A DNA stretch of 63,667 nt, counting the filler, from Octopus bimaculoides (lineage: Eukaryota), in the NCBI RefSeq assembly GCF_001194135.2. It is 4 parts of 4 records of this genome, joined end to end, with 100 filler letters (N's around TTAATTAATTAA, not from the genome) between each part and the next. Parts side by side here need not be neighbours in the genome. Positions count along the whole stretch, not along the records: positions 1 to 19,563 come from NC_068987.1; positions 19,664 to 45,767 come from NC_069010.1; 2 more parts are not named here. One strand, 5' to 3'. Shown here piece after piece: positions 12,761-24,984 of the stretch; positions within the stretch are counted from its first letter, which is position 1; every line of letters starts with the position of its first letter. The notes beneath the pieces are model-generated. The model was given only the letters and a program-made list of their open reading frames with translations, was not told the DNA's origin and did no database searches. Both the position numbers and the translations under genes were made by a program.

Positions 12761-15629
12761 CAGCAGAAGTATTTCTGTAATGTAAACATGACCAATATCA
12801 CATACTTAACATATGTATGTTTAAATCTCAGAAATGGTGGGGTTTTTTTATCTGGGAAAGATCCCTTTAATGACCTAACATGATTTCAAATCAAAATTCT
12901 TGCGAAATATTCAAAAGTTCATCAACATCATCATGACCATCACCACCGTCGTCGTCATCATCATCTTCATTTTAACTGTCCACTTTCCAATGCTTGCAAG
13001 AGTCAGATGGGATTTGTTGAATTAGTTGATATTCAGCATAATTCAAATTGTTTATGCTTCTTTTCTTTTTCTTTTTCTGTTTTTCTTTGTTTTTGATTTT
13101 GTTCCTGAGATCTTTTGAATAAACTATCAATACCTTGACAGCAGATCCTAGATTAAATCGAATTGAACTTGTATTATTGTGCTAACAAAATTTCTATGAC
13201 TTTTTCAATTTCATCCATTATTTTGAACTTGAAATGCCTCCTTTGTGATTTCTTTGCTTACATATATGCATGCACACATGTGCACACACACACAAACAAA
13301 CAAGTACATAAACAAATATCAACACCGGCACACAAACAAGAAGTAACTTGACCAGATATACAAGAGCTCTCACCCATTATCTCCCTTGACTGGAACACTA
13401 TCTTCCATTCTTTTTACATCTGTTGGCCATTATATTATCCATCATTTGTCTGTCTTCACGTCCTGAGTTCAAATTCGGCACACAAAATACCACTAAGCAT
13501 TTCACCTGGCATGCTAATGTTTCTGCCAGTTCATTGCCTTTCTATATTACAATATTACAATAGCCAATCTGTTGTGTATGTATAATAATATTACGATCAT
13601 GAAAGTAGCATTAGCTTATCTCACTCTTTCTCGCAGAACCCCTAAGAACCTTTTGTGGAACCCTAAGGATCCAGAGAACCCCGGTTGAGAAATGCTGCAT
13701 TAGACTGAAAACATAATCTCCATGTGACCTGAGGATTGTAGAAGTTTAGTGGTTAGGGTCCTGAACTGAAATTCTGAACTTGATACAAATATCCTGGTTT
13801 TTAAGAAGAACTTGTTTTATTTTTGTTGTTTTTCTTTTAAACATCTGTTGTAGTTATCCTGGTTGAAAAAAAAGAAGAAAAACTCTTTCATTATTTCTAC
13901 TTTACTGATATGTATATATTTCCCACAGCACTTTCTCAGTAATTGATATAAACGGTCACACAAACAAAGCCATCCAACCTAGAATAATATCGATACATTG
14001 TATTTTAGCTCTGTTAACATTTAAAGTAGAAAAGAATATTTGAGACTAAGTAAAAGTATTGATTTCTTCTGATTATGTTTAAGGTGTGTGGGTGAGGAAT
14101 ATAGAAGTAGGATGGGAGACGATATTGTGAGTTTTATGTATGTTTGTGGGTATGATTAAATGAAGTGAAATAGTTTCAGCTAGGATATGAACCCAGCTTA
14201 TGAAGAACTTTTACCCCTCTTTTTATCCTACAGTGTTCACTATGGAGTTGATATATCAACTCCTTATGACTTGATCAGGAGATAACTTGTGGACTTATTG
14301 AAATGTGACTATGTCTTTTTTTATTGAGAAAGCACATGTAAGAAGAATAAGACAAATGCTTGCCGATAGCCAATCTAGAGATAACTTGTGATTGTGCATT
14401 GCTTATAAAATTCCACTTCAGTGGTTTATATATTTAGGTGTGAAAACATGTTTGGCCAGGAGTAAATATTATCTTGCTTAGCTAAAATGGGTGAGGGTTG
14501 GTGACAGGAAACTCTGGCTTGACAAAATCCCTCTGACCCATGCCAGTTTGGAAGAGTGGATGTTAAAATAATAATGATGATGATGACGATGGTGATGATG
14601 GTGGTGGTGATGATGATGAATTTTTTTATATTGACCAATCTAAATAATTTTTTAAAGTTAGATGCTTTCGGCATGCAATTATGTTTAGAAAAGCGAATTT
14701 GAAAGAATATTTACAAAACAATATGTCAATCAAAAAATTAAACAATTTGCAGTCTGTTTGTCATGATAGAAAAACAGGACAGGAGAAAAAATTTTGTGTT
14801 CCTATTATCAGAATCACTGTAGTGAAAGCTCTAAAAGAGGTAAGCTGTGACAGATAAGTAAGATTTTCTCAGCAATATAGTGTGAATACATCATCATCAT
14901 CATCATCATTGTTTAATGTCTGTTTTCCATGCTGGTATGGGTTGGACGGTTTGACAGGAGCTAGGGAGCTGTCCAGACTCCAAATGTTTGTTGTCCTATG
15001 GCTTCTACCGTTGGATACCCTTCCTAATGCCAACTACTTTACAGAGTCTGCTGGGTGTTTTTTACATGCCACCAGCTTGTGTGCATTGTATGTGGCTCCA
15101 GTACCTGTAAAGGACAAGCCTGAATGTATGGATGACAGCAATTACATAATTTTATTTATAAACTTACACAAAGTTGTAAATCTTGTATAAATAAAATATA
15201 AATAGTAGAAATAGATTATACATGATTGAGGATAGTATTTATATGTGTAACTGATCTAGGAGTAATTGTATCATTGTGTGGAGGATACTCCTAAAGGTTT
15301 ACCCATATTGAAGGAAGACTTGTAAAGGCCTTACAGTTCAAATGATATTGGGTTGAGGTGAATAAAGATATCAATGTAGTTGCTCTTTAGGTTTGTTTTG
15401 ATCACCACCATTCAAGCAGTGTTGTTTGTTTTCAATGTTCCAATCTCCATAGTCTGACATGTTTTTATATTAGACAATGGAGATATTACCTTGCTCAGAA
15501 ACAAGTGAAAGTTGGTGATAGGAAGAGCATCTGGCCATAGAAAATCTACCTCAGCTAATTCCATCTGACCCATACAACCATGGAAAAGCATGCATTAGAA
15601 AATGAAACACTTACCAACTCTCTTTACTC

Positions 15630-15912
15630 TTTTTACTCTTTTACTTGTTTCAGTCATTTGACTGCGGCCATGCTGGAGCACCGCCTTTAGTCGAGCAAAT
15701 CGACCCCAGGACTTATTCTTTNNNNNNNNNNTTGACTGCGGCCATGCTGGAGCACCGCCTTTAGTCGAGCAAATCGACCCCAGGACTTATTCTTTGGAAG
15801 CCTAGTACTTATTCTATCAGTCTCTTTTCCCGAACCGTTAAATTACTGGGACATAAACACACCAGCATCGTTTGTCAAGCAATGCTAGGGGGACAAACAC
15901 AGACAAACATAT

Positions 15913-15959
<47 letters not shown>

Positions 15960-16125
15960 TACGACGAGCTTCTTTCAGTTTCTGTCTACCAAATCCACTC
16001 ACAAGGCTTTGGTCGGCCCGAGGCTATAGTAGAAGATATTTGCCCAAGATGCCACGCAGTGGGACTGAACCCGGAACCATGTGGTTGGTAAGCAAGCTAC
16101 TTACCACACAGCCACTCCTGCGCCT
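15630..16125 (-). mobile_element. tRNA-derived SINE, family A (full length, internal (TA)/(TG) microsatellite)
   Basis: Head GGCGCAGGAGTGGCTGTGTGGTAAGTAGCTTGCTTACCAACCACATGGTTCCGGGTTCAGTCCC (A/B boxes), tail ...CATGGCCGCAGTCAAATGACTGAAACAAGTAAAAGAGT. tRNA-derived SINEs (OK, OR1, OR2) are known from Octopus; exact family assignment needs a library search. Confidence 0.9.
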
Positions 16126-16989
16126 AATAGTTTTATAATAAAAAAATTGTCTTAATGAATATCCTATCTATATTGGATAAGTTTAGTAAATTTGGACGTT
16201 TGAATTACTATCATCGTTTAATCTCTGTTTTCCATGATGTCATAGGTTGAATGGTTCAAAAAGATCCAACTTACCAGAGGATTATCTCAAGCTTCAGTGT
16301 CCATTTTGGCACAGTTTCTGTGATTGGACACTCTTTCTTACATCAACCACTTTACAGATTGTATTGGGTGCTTTTTTCATGGCACCAACATGAGTGAGGT
16401 CACCAAGTAACTTGCAAGATAAGAACCTTTGGCTGAATGGGGGTTGTAGTATTAAGGAAGGTGATTTCACTCTATGTGCTGAGAGGCTAAAATATGACAG
16501 AGGGACAGGAACAGGTGTTTTACTGTGAAGAAGATACATGGCTACCACAACTGGAAAGAGAGGAAAGATGGTGATAATGAGGTATCAGGGTGTACCCTCG
16601 TTATACAAGAGGATGAAAATAAGAAAGAATATCGACAAAGGATTGGTGAGGGTGGGTGGATAAGTTCACAAGTGTGTGAAAAGAGAGTGACAGATGGTTA
16701 AAGATGGGGATAGAGGGGAATGCTGTGGATCATAAACACAGGTGGTGGTATGGCCAATGGTGAATATCAGTTTGGGGTGGAAGGTGGAGGAAATAGGGGT
16801 GGGTCAGGGAAGAGGACATAATAAGTGGCAGTACAACTGAGGTCCATATGACCCTTGGGGGTCCATATAAGATTTTGTATTAAAATTTATGGGCAATAAA
16901 TTGCTTATACTTCTACAATATACTAAATATTTATTTTTATTATACAATTCCTCATATTTAATTATAAAAAATATGATAGGATTTTTTAA

Positions 16990-17209
16990 CCCTTTAGTCT
17001 TTAAACTGGCCATATCTGGCCCAGATATTCTACATGTTTTATATTCAAACTGGCAATATCTAGCCTCTCGCACCTAACCTACATTGACATTCTAAAAATG
17101 AACAATCACATCATTGAAACCTCAAAGCAATAAGATAATGCATGATTAATTAAAAACAATTTGAGTGAAAAAGTATTATATTTAACAGAGTAATCTGAAC
17201 ACAAAAGGG
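16990..17209. mobile_element. TTAA-flanked piggyBac-like MITE
   Basis: TTAA|CCCTTTAG at the left end and AAAAGGG|TTTT..AA at the right; partial second copy at about 38332-38430. Confidence 0.6.
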
Positions 17210-17624
17210 TTTTTTAATCAAATGGCTATAAGGGTTCACCCAAGTAAAACAGGAGTCAAAAGGGACCGCAGGCAAAACAGGGTTGAGAATCACTGCTGTA
17301 GATAGACAAGAAATAAGGAGATTATATGGAAATTAATATTACTAACTACTTTAGTTAAGTGGTAGCAGTGGAGCCTGTTTATCAGTCAGACAACCTGTTA
17401 GAAACTGAATGACATGTTTTAACCAGAACTTAAACAATACAATATGATATAACTAGTAGTTGTAATAACATTTGATCTCAGCTCCTTAACCTGATTGTAT
17501 CGCATTGATAAGAATGAAAATAATTTCTAATATTATCAGAAAATTAAGTTGGTGTGTCTCAAATCAAGAGATATAACTTATAGGTAGTGTCTCCCACTTT
17601 AATAATAATAATATTCTTCTCTAA

Positions 17625-17820
17625 TCTAGGCACAAGGCCTGAAATTTTTTTTTTGTGGGGGGGGGGCAGTCGATTAGATCGACCTCAGTATGCAACTGGT
17701 ACTTAATTTATCGACCCTGAAAGGATGAAAGGCAAAGTTGACCTCGGCAGAATTTGAACTCAGAACGTAAAATCAGACGAAATACCGCTAAGCATTTTTT
17801 GTCTGATGTGCTAATAATTC
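17625..17820 (-). mobile_element. Family B SINE
   Basis: Reverse complement of the B core (AACTGGTACTTAATTTATCGACCCTGAAAGGATGAAAGGCAAAGTTGACC). Confidence 0.85.
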
Positions 17821-17824
17821 TACC

Positions 17825-17995
17825 TACAGAGGAGACCGTCTTCGGTCATGAATGACCATGGGATTGCACCTAGAAAGTTACCCTCCGAAGCACAAGTCCA
17901 GGCAAGGTTGTTTGTGGAAGGCCAGCAGTCGCCCATGCATACCAGCCTCCCCTCTGCACACCACTGATGTTATCCAAGGGAAAGGCTCTACAAAA
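17825..17995 (-). mobile_element. Family E SINE, 3' half
   Basis: Homologous to 59017-59150 and 59440-59612. Confidence 0.75.
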
Positions 17996-19269
17996 CTTCT
18001 TACTGGGAAGGCATAAAGCTTGATGCTATAAAATACTTAAGGGACATAATCAATGCTGATAGTAAATTTAGTTTGTATATTGTATCTGTATTGTTTCTGT
18101 TCTTTCAGTTTGGTTAACTCCCCTCCTCTCTCTGTTAGCATTAATGTCCAGATTGATGTTTTCACTTTGAAATTCTCCTCATTATTTTATTTCTATACTT
18201 GACCTATTTCATACCTACCTAGCCTACGACCACTTCAAGTTCTATGATACAAAACATTTTATTTTAAATTGTTCATATCTAAATTAGAACTTTCATGATT
18301 TTTATGCAAGAACCTTACTTTATGTATCGACTTCGTATGAAAATCTATATACAAATTCTTGATTATTTTCAAAATTAACAGCAACACATGGACAGTGTTT
18401 TTTTTTTGTGGGGCAGGGTGGAGTGTGGAAGTATAGTCACAAAAGAATTAAATAATTCATATATTGTTAGAAAATAACATCAAGTTAACAGGGTAGGATG
18501 TATCTGTAAAGCTTAGGCTTACAAATTCACAGATTCTGTACACAAAAGCCATATAAAATAAATAAAATAAAATTAACTACCTGATTGAGTATTAAAAGAA
18601 ATCAATTTTGTATTGGAAATTTTTGTTTTTAAATATTGATTTCTTTTTGGCTTAATATATGGGTTGTTTTTATTTTATTTATTTTATTTATTTATTTTTT
18701 TTTTTTTGAAGAGGTAAAATACAGTAATTATATCATTTTGGTAAATACATCAACCCTCAACAATGCCTGACACTCTATAAAGCTCAAGTGAGGCCTGCAA
18801 TGGAACATTGCTACCATATCCAGCCCACAGGCATGCTGGTCTATCTCTCTCACTCTGTCTTTCTCTCTTCCTTCTCTTCTGCTTCCTACGTACCCCCACC
18901 TCTTCCTTCACCTCCTCCTCTTCCTCCTCCTCCTCCTACTACTACTACAGGTTCTCTCATCAGAGCTGGCTGCTCTGATTCATTTGCCTCTCATCATCGT
19001 CATTCTTGTTGTGTCCATTCCCATCCTACCAGTAAAATATGGTGGTTTCTTTTCATTGAAGTATATATTTTCCCTTGTTTCTTTTGAGTTAAAAGTCTTG
19101 CGACAAACCAAAACCAACAAATATAGGTGCAGCCATGGCTATGTGGTAAGAAACTTGCTTCCCAACCGCATGGTTCATAGTCCAGTCCCCTTCTACGATA
19201 GCCTTGGGCTGAACAAAACCTTGTGAGTAGATTTGGTAAACAGAAACTGAAAGAAACCCATCATTATAT

Positions 19270-19563
19270 CATCATCATCATCATCATCATCGTTTAACGT
19301 CCGCTTTCCATGCTAGCATGGGTTGGACGATTTGACTGAGGACTGGTGAAACCGGATGGCAACACCAGGCTCCAGTCTGATTTGGCAGAGTTTCTACAGC
19401 TGGATGCCCTTCCTAACGCCAACCACTCAGAGAGTGTAGTGGGTGCTTTTACGTGTCACCCGCACGAAGGCTAGTCAGGCGGTACTGGCAACGGCCATGC
19501 TCAAAATGGTGTATTTTATGTGCCACCCGCACAAGAGCCAGTCAAGGGGCACTGGCAACGATA
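19270..19563 (-). mobile_element. Family C retroposon, directly after a family A head at about 19125-19265
   Basis: (ATC)n then the reverse complement of the family C 3' module. Confidence 0.9.
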
Positions 19564-19607
19564 NNNNNNNNNNNNNNNNNNNNNNNNNNNNNNNNNNNNN
19601 NNNNNNN

Positions 19608-19619
19608 TTAATTAATTAA
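19608..19619. other. Assembly spacer TTAATTAATTAA inside an N gap (also 45812-45823 and 55721-55732)
   Basis: Identical palindromic 12-mer with stop codons in all six frames, flanked by about 45 N on each side, three times. Confidence 0.9.
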
Positions 19620-19663
19620 NNNNNNNNNNNNNNNNNNNNNNNNNNNNNNNNNNNNNNNNNNNN

Positions 19664-19700
<37 letters not shown>

Positions 19701-20267
19701 GTTTGTGTGTCTGTGTTTGTCCCCACAGCATTGCTTGACAACTGATGCTGGTGTGTTTACGTCCCCGTAACCTAGCGGTTCAGCAAAATAGACCGATAGA
19801 ATAAGTACTAGGCTTACAAAGAATAAGTCCTGGGGTTGATTTGCTCCAGCATGGCTGCAGTCAAATGACTGAAACAAATAAAAGAATACAAAAGAAAAAA
19901 GAATAGAGGGCTTTATCACAAAGTGCAAGACTTACATGATGCATTATGTATGCCTTGCACTTCATGATAAATCGACCCCAGGTCTTTTTTTACTTTTTAA
20001 GCTTAGTATTTATTCTATCAGTCTTTTTTGCTGAACTGCTAATTTCATGGGGACATAAACACACCAACACCGGTTGTTGAGTGGTGGTGGTGGTGGTGGT
20101 GGTGAGGGCCAAACACACACACACAAACACACATATCAACAAACTATTTCTCTGTCATTTATGACTTCATGTTTATGTACACACATACATACACACATAA
20201 TTATACATGTAAATATACATACTTATACACATACATTCATAGTTATACACATACATACATGCATATA

Positions 20268-20500
20268 AGGCAGTGAGCTGGCAGAATCGTTGGCGCGTTG
20301 GACGAAATGCTTAGCGGTAATTCGTCTGCCGCTACGTTCTGAGTTCAAATTCTGTCGAGGTCGACTTTGCCTTTCATCCTTTCGGGGTCGATTAAATAAG
20401 TACCAGTTACGCACTGGGGTCGATATAATCAACTTAATCCGTTTGTCTGTCCTTGTTTGTCCCCTCTGTGTGTAGCCCCTTGTGGGTAGTAAAGAAATAA
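20268..20500 (+). mobile_element. Family B SINE, near full length, with 14-bp TSD
   Basis: ACATACATGCATAT at 20253-20266 and 20502-20515 flanks GGCAGTGAGCTGGCAGAATCG...GTGGGTAGTAAAGAAATA. Confidence 0.9.
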
Positions 20501-21202
20501 CACATACATGCATATGTACATATACACATATATGTATATACACACACACCCTGCAATTAGTGATATTTACCTACACTTATCTGTGTATTGGGTGTGTATG
20601 TGGTGCTCTGAGTAACTAGGGTTTGGTGGGGTCATGTCACCAGAAGCAGCTGGTCNNNNNNNNNNNNNNNNNNNNNNNNNNNNNNNNNNNNNNNNNNNNN
20701 NNNNNNNNNNNNNNNNNNNNNNNNNNNNNNNNNNNNNNNNNNNNNNNNNNNNNNNNNNNNNNNNNNNNNNNNNNNNNNNNNNNNNNNNNNNNNNNNNNNN
20801 NNNNNNNNNNNNNNNNNNNNNNNNNNNNNNNNNNNNNNNNNNNNNNNNNNNNNNNNNNNNNNNNNNNNNNNNNNNNNNNNNNNNNNNNNNNNNNNNNNNN
20901 NNNNNNNNNNNNNNNNNNNNNNNNNNNNNNNNNNNNNNNNNNNNNNNNNNNNNNNNNNNNNNNNNNNNNNNNNNNNNNNNNNNNNNNNNNNNNNNNNNNN
21001 NNNNNNNNNNNNNNNNNNNNNNNNNNNNNNNNNNNNNNNNNNNNNNNNNNNNNNNNNNNNNNNNNNNNNNNNNNNNNNNNNNNNNNNNNNNNNNNNNNNN
21101 NNNNNNNNNNNNNNNNNNNNNNNNNNNNNNNNNNNNNNNNNNNNNNNNNNNNNNNNNNNNNNNNNNNNNNNNNNNNNNNNNNNNNNNNNNNNNNNNNNNN
21201 NC

Positions 21203-21552
21203 CATGCTGGAGCACCGCCTTTAGTCGAGAAAATCGACCCCAGGACTTTTGTAAGCCTAGTACTTATTCTATCGGTCTCTTTTTTGCCGAACTGCTAAGT
21301 TACGGGGATGTAAACACACCACCATCGGTTGTCAAGCGATGCTGGGAGGACAAACACAGACACACACATACACATATATATATACATATATATACGACGG
21401 GCTTCTTTCAGTTTCCGTCTACCAAATCGACTCACAAGGCTTTGGTGGGCCCGAGGCTATAGTAGAAGACACTTGCCCAAGATGCCATGCAGTGGGACTG
21501 AACCCTGAACCATGTGGTTGGTAAGCAAGCCACTTACCACACAGCCACTCCA
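21203..21552 (-). mobile_element. Family A SINE
   Basis: Co-linear with 15630-16125. Confidence 0.9.
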
Positions 21553-21559
21553 GTGAATG

Positions 21560-22032
21560 CATTAAATAATGTGTTCCAAGATACACTATGTGCGTTTAAA
21601 AGATGGAATGGTCATGATTGGACTGTCTTTGATTATAGGTCTATTTGGAGCAAGACTAACCTGGGACAAATTACCAACAGCTAGAAAAAAAGGCAGGGTG
21701 GTCACATTTGGAACACCTTTGATCATAGGTCTACTGGATCAGGACTGACCTGGGGCTAAGCAACTTCATCAGATAATGTAGTCCTAGATACACTATGTCT
21801 GAATAACAGACAGGATGGTCACAGCTGGAACATGTTTGACTATAGGTCTACAGAATCAGGACTGACTGACTCAGGGTTAAACATCAACAAAGAAGGATAC
21901 ATTAAAGAATGTAGGCCTAGATACACTATGTCTGTCTGAATAAGACAGGGTGGTCTTATGTGAAACACCTTTGATCATAGGCCTGCTGGACTGGGACTGA
22001 CCTGGGGCTAAACAACAGCAAGAAAGGACACA
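21560..22032 (+). repeat. Four diverged tandem copies of the family D 3' segment (about 90-135 bp each)
   Basis: Recurrent GATACACTATGT..., GGATGGTCAC, TTTGATCATAGGTCT, GACTGACCTGGGGCTAA. Confidence 0.8.
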
Positions 22033-22659
22033 TTAGATCAGGGGTTCAATGGACCCCTTTCATTACTATTTTAGTCTGATGGACCCCCCACACAGCCATT
22101 AGATGTTTAAAGACTAGTTTTCTAGAAACTTCATTCCAAATTCCTATTTTGTTTTTCACACATTACCTTGTATAGGTTGGACCCTGTAAAATGTTAGAGA
22201 GAGAAACCCAGCTTTCTCTTGCAATACATACATCTAAAGCAGGGGTTCCCAACCATTTTTATCAATGGACCCCTTCGATTACTATTTTAGTCTGATGGAT
22301 CCCCTATAGCCGTTCAATATTTAGCCCTTTCATTACTGTATTTATTTCGAGATGCTCTGTGTTTCTTTCAATTAATTTTAAATATAACAAAGAATTTAGT
22401 AAAATAACTTTTTAAATTTACGTCCACTTAATAATTTTACGCAAAACAGTCTTCAGACTTTCCCTATTAATTTCATTGTCTTTTGAATTATGACCATATT
22501 TACATCATAAGGGTTTTTTGGTTGTAAGGCTTTCTTTTTTAGTTGATTTTCACCTAGCAAAACTTATCGTAGATGGCGTAATAAGTCACACTTGGACAAG
22601 GTCGGGTTATACTGCTAGTTTTAAATATAACAAAGAATTTAGTAAAATAACTTAGTTAT

Positions 22660-22800
22660 TTATGTGCTGGTGGCACGTAAAAACACCCACTACACTCTCG
22701 GAGTGGTTGGCGTTAGGAAGGGCATCCAGCTGCAGAAACTCTGCCAGATCAGATTGGAGCCTGGTGCAGCCACCTGGTCCACCAGTCCTCAGTCAAATCA
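22660..22800 (+). mobile_element. Family C retroposon fragment lacking the tail
   Basis: GGTGGCACGTAAAAACACCCACTACACTCTCGGAGTGG...CAGTCCTCAGTCAAATC. Confidence 0.85.
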
Positions 22801-23566
22801 GGCCTACCCTATCCTCCAACCTAGGGTTTGTCTGCATGTTGTACTGTCCTCCTTTCCCTCCTGCTAGTGGGTACCCTTTGTAATTTACTGCCCTACCCTA
22901 ATGGGGCGGGAGTGAGTTACGAGGGGGGAAGATGGAGGTGATGATAACCCCCCCCCNNNNNNNNNNNNNNNNNNNNNNNNNNNNNNNNNNNNNNNNNNNN
23001 NNNNNNNNNNNNNNNNNNNNNNNNNNNNNNNNNNNNNNNNNNNNNNNNNNNNNNNNNNNNNNNNNNNNNNNNNNNNNNNNNNNNNNNNNNNNNNNNNNNN
23101 NNNNNNNNNNNNNNNNNNNNNNNNNNNNNNNNNNNNNNNNNNNNNNNNNNNNNNNNNNNNNNNNNNNNNNNNNNNNNNNNNNNNNNNNNNNNNNNNNNNN
23201 NNNNNNNNNNNNNNNNNNNNNNNNNNNNNNNNNNNNNNNNNNNNNNNNNNNNNNNNNNNNNNNNNNNNNNNNNNNNNNNNNNNNNNNNNNNNNNNNNNNN
23301 NCTCTCTCTCTCCATCTCTCGCTCTCTCTCTCTCTCCATCTCTCGCTCTCTCTCTCTCTCCATCTCTCGCTCTCTCTCTCTCTCTCTCCATCTCTCGCTC
23401 TCTCTCTCATTCTTTCTCTATACAGCTGTCACTACCTGTCTCTTTGCCTGTCTGACTGTCTGGCAGTCTGTCTTTCTATGTCTATCTCTCTGTCTATGAC
23501 TGGCTGTCTGTCAGTCACATAAATGTAAAGGTTTTTTTTCCAAAACAAATTGCACTTCAGGTTTGA

Positions 23567-23647
23567 AGCTCCAGTGAAGCTAAATGGTGATACTCAAACA
23601 CTCAATTATGAGTGCATTGTGCCCTATAGCAGAAACAGCTGTAAGCT
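23567..23647 (+). ncRNA. Degenerate type I hammerhead ribozyme-like motif (probably inactive)
   Basis: AGCT-CCAGTGA-AGCTA...(hairpin CACTCA/TGAGTG)...TAGCA-GAAAC-AGCT-GTA-AGCT; the CUGAUGA box is mutated. Confidence 0.4.
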
Positions 23648-23959
23648 GAGGAANNNNNNNNNNNNNNNNNNNNNNNNNNNNNNNNNNNNNNNNNNNNNNN
23701 NNNNNNNNNNNNNNNNNNNNNNNNNNNNNNNNNNNNNNNNNNNNNNNNNNNNNNNNNNNNNNNNNTATCGCTTGACAACCGATGCTGGTGTGTTTATGTC
23801 CCCGTAATATAGCGGTTCGGCAAAAGGAGATCGATAGAATAAGTACTAGGCTTCCAAAGAATAAGTCTTGGGGTCGATCTGCTCGACTAAAGGCGGTGCT
23901 CCAGCATGTGTATGTGGTATGGTGTGTGTGTGTGCATTTGTGTTTGTGTGTGACTGGTA

Positions 23960-23990
<31 letters not shown>

Positions 23991-24850
23991 NNNNNNNNNN
24001 NNNNNNNNNNNNNNNNNNNNNNNNNNNNNNNNNNNNNNNNNNNNNNNNNNNNNNNNNNNNNNNNNNNNNNNNNNNNNNNNNNNNNNNNNNNNNNNNNNNN
24101 NNNNNNNNNNNNNNNNNNNNNNNNNNNNNNNNNNNNNNNNNNNNNNNNNNNNNNNNNNNNNNNNNNNNNNNNNNNNNNNNNNNNNNNNNNNNNNNNNNNN
24201 NNNNNNNNNNNNNNNNNNNNNNNNNNNNNNNNNNNNNNNNNNNNNNNNNNNNNNNNNNNNNNNNNNNNNNNNNNNNNNNNNNNNNNNNNNNNNNNNNNNN
24301 NNNNNNNNNNNNNNNNNNNNNNNNNNNNNNNNNNNNNNNNNNNNNNNNNNNNNNNNNNNNNNNNNNNNNNNNNNNNNNNNNNNNNNNNNNNNNNNNNNNN
24401 NNNNNNNNNNNNNNNNNNNNNNNNNNNNNNNNNNNNNNNNNNNNNNNNNNNNNNNNNNNNNNNNNNNNNNNNNNNNNNNNNNNNNNNNNNNNNNNNNNNN
24501 NNNNNNNNNNNNNNNNNNNNNNNNNNNNNNNNNNNNNNNNNNNNNNNNNNNNNNNNNNNNNNNNNNNNNNNNNNNNNNNNNNNNNNNNNNNNNNNNNNNN
24601 NNNNNNNNNNNNNNNNNNNNNNNNNNNNNNNNNNNNNNNNNNNNNNNNNNNNNNNNNNNNNNNNNNNNNNNNNNNNNNNNNNNNNNNNNNNNNNNNNNNN
24701 NNNNNNNNNNNNNNNNNNNNNNNNNNNNNNNNNNNNNNNNNNNNNNNNNNNNNNNNNNNNNNNNNNNNNNNNNNNNNNNNNNNNNNNNNNNNNNNNNNNN
24801 NNNNNNNNNNNNNNNNNNNNNNNNNNNNNNNNNNNNNNNNNNNNNNNNNT

Positions 24851-24929
24851 ATCTCTAACCCTATCCCTAACCCTAACCCTAACCCTAAACACGTATTCAT
24901 TGTGTTTAGGGATAGGGATAGGGTTAGGA
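24851..24929. repeat. Back-to-back telomeric-type repeats forming an inverted repeat
   Basis: (CCCTAA/CCCTAT)n-CCCTAAACAC, 9-nt loop, GTGTTTAGGG-(ATAGGG/TTAGG)n. Confidence 0.85.
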
Positions 24930-24984
24930 TCGACCACTCACGACTAGCTAGCGCGGACACGTGATTGCACAACTGCGCGTTCGG

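Noticed and set aside
14754-14840. 87-nt open plus-strand exon candidate (SVCHDRKTGQEKKFCVPIIRITVVKALKE)
   Set aside because: The donor is good but the acceptor has almost no polypyrimidine tract and the peptide is unrecognised, so it was not called as a CDS.
15660-15795. Apparent 60-bp tandem duplication around a 10-N gap
   Set aside because: Identical sequence on both sides of a minimal gap indicates an unmerged contig overlap.
24851-24929. Ancestral telomere-telomere fusion site
   Set aside because: The orientation is (CCCTAA)n then (TTAGGG)n, the reverse of a fusion scar, and the tract is very short.
20567-24972. Long ORFs (200-440 aa) here and at 30232-31109, 35194-36255, 41431-43611, 44458-45195 and 58056-58714
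   Set aside because: They are open only because they cross N gaps.
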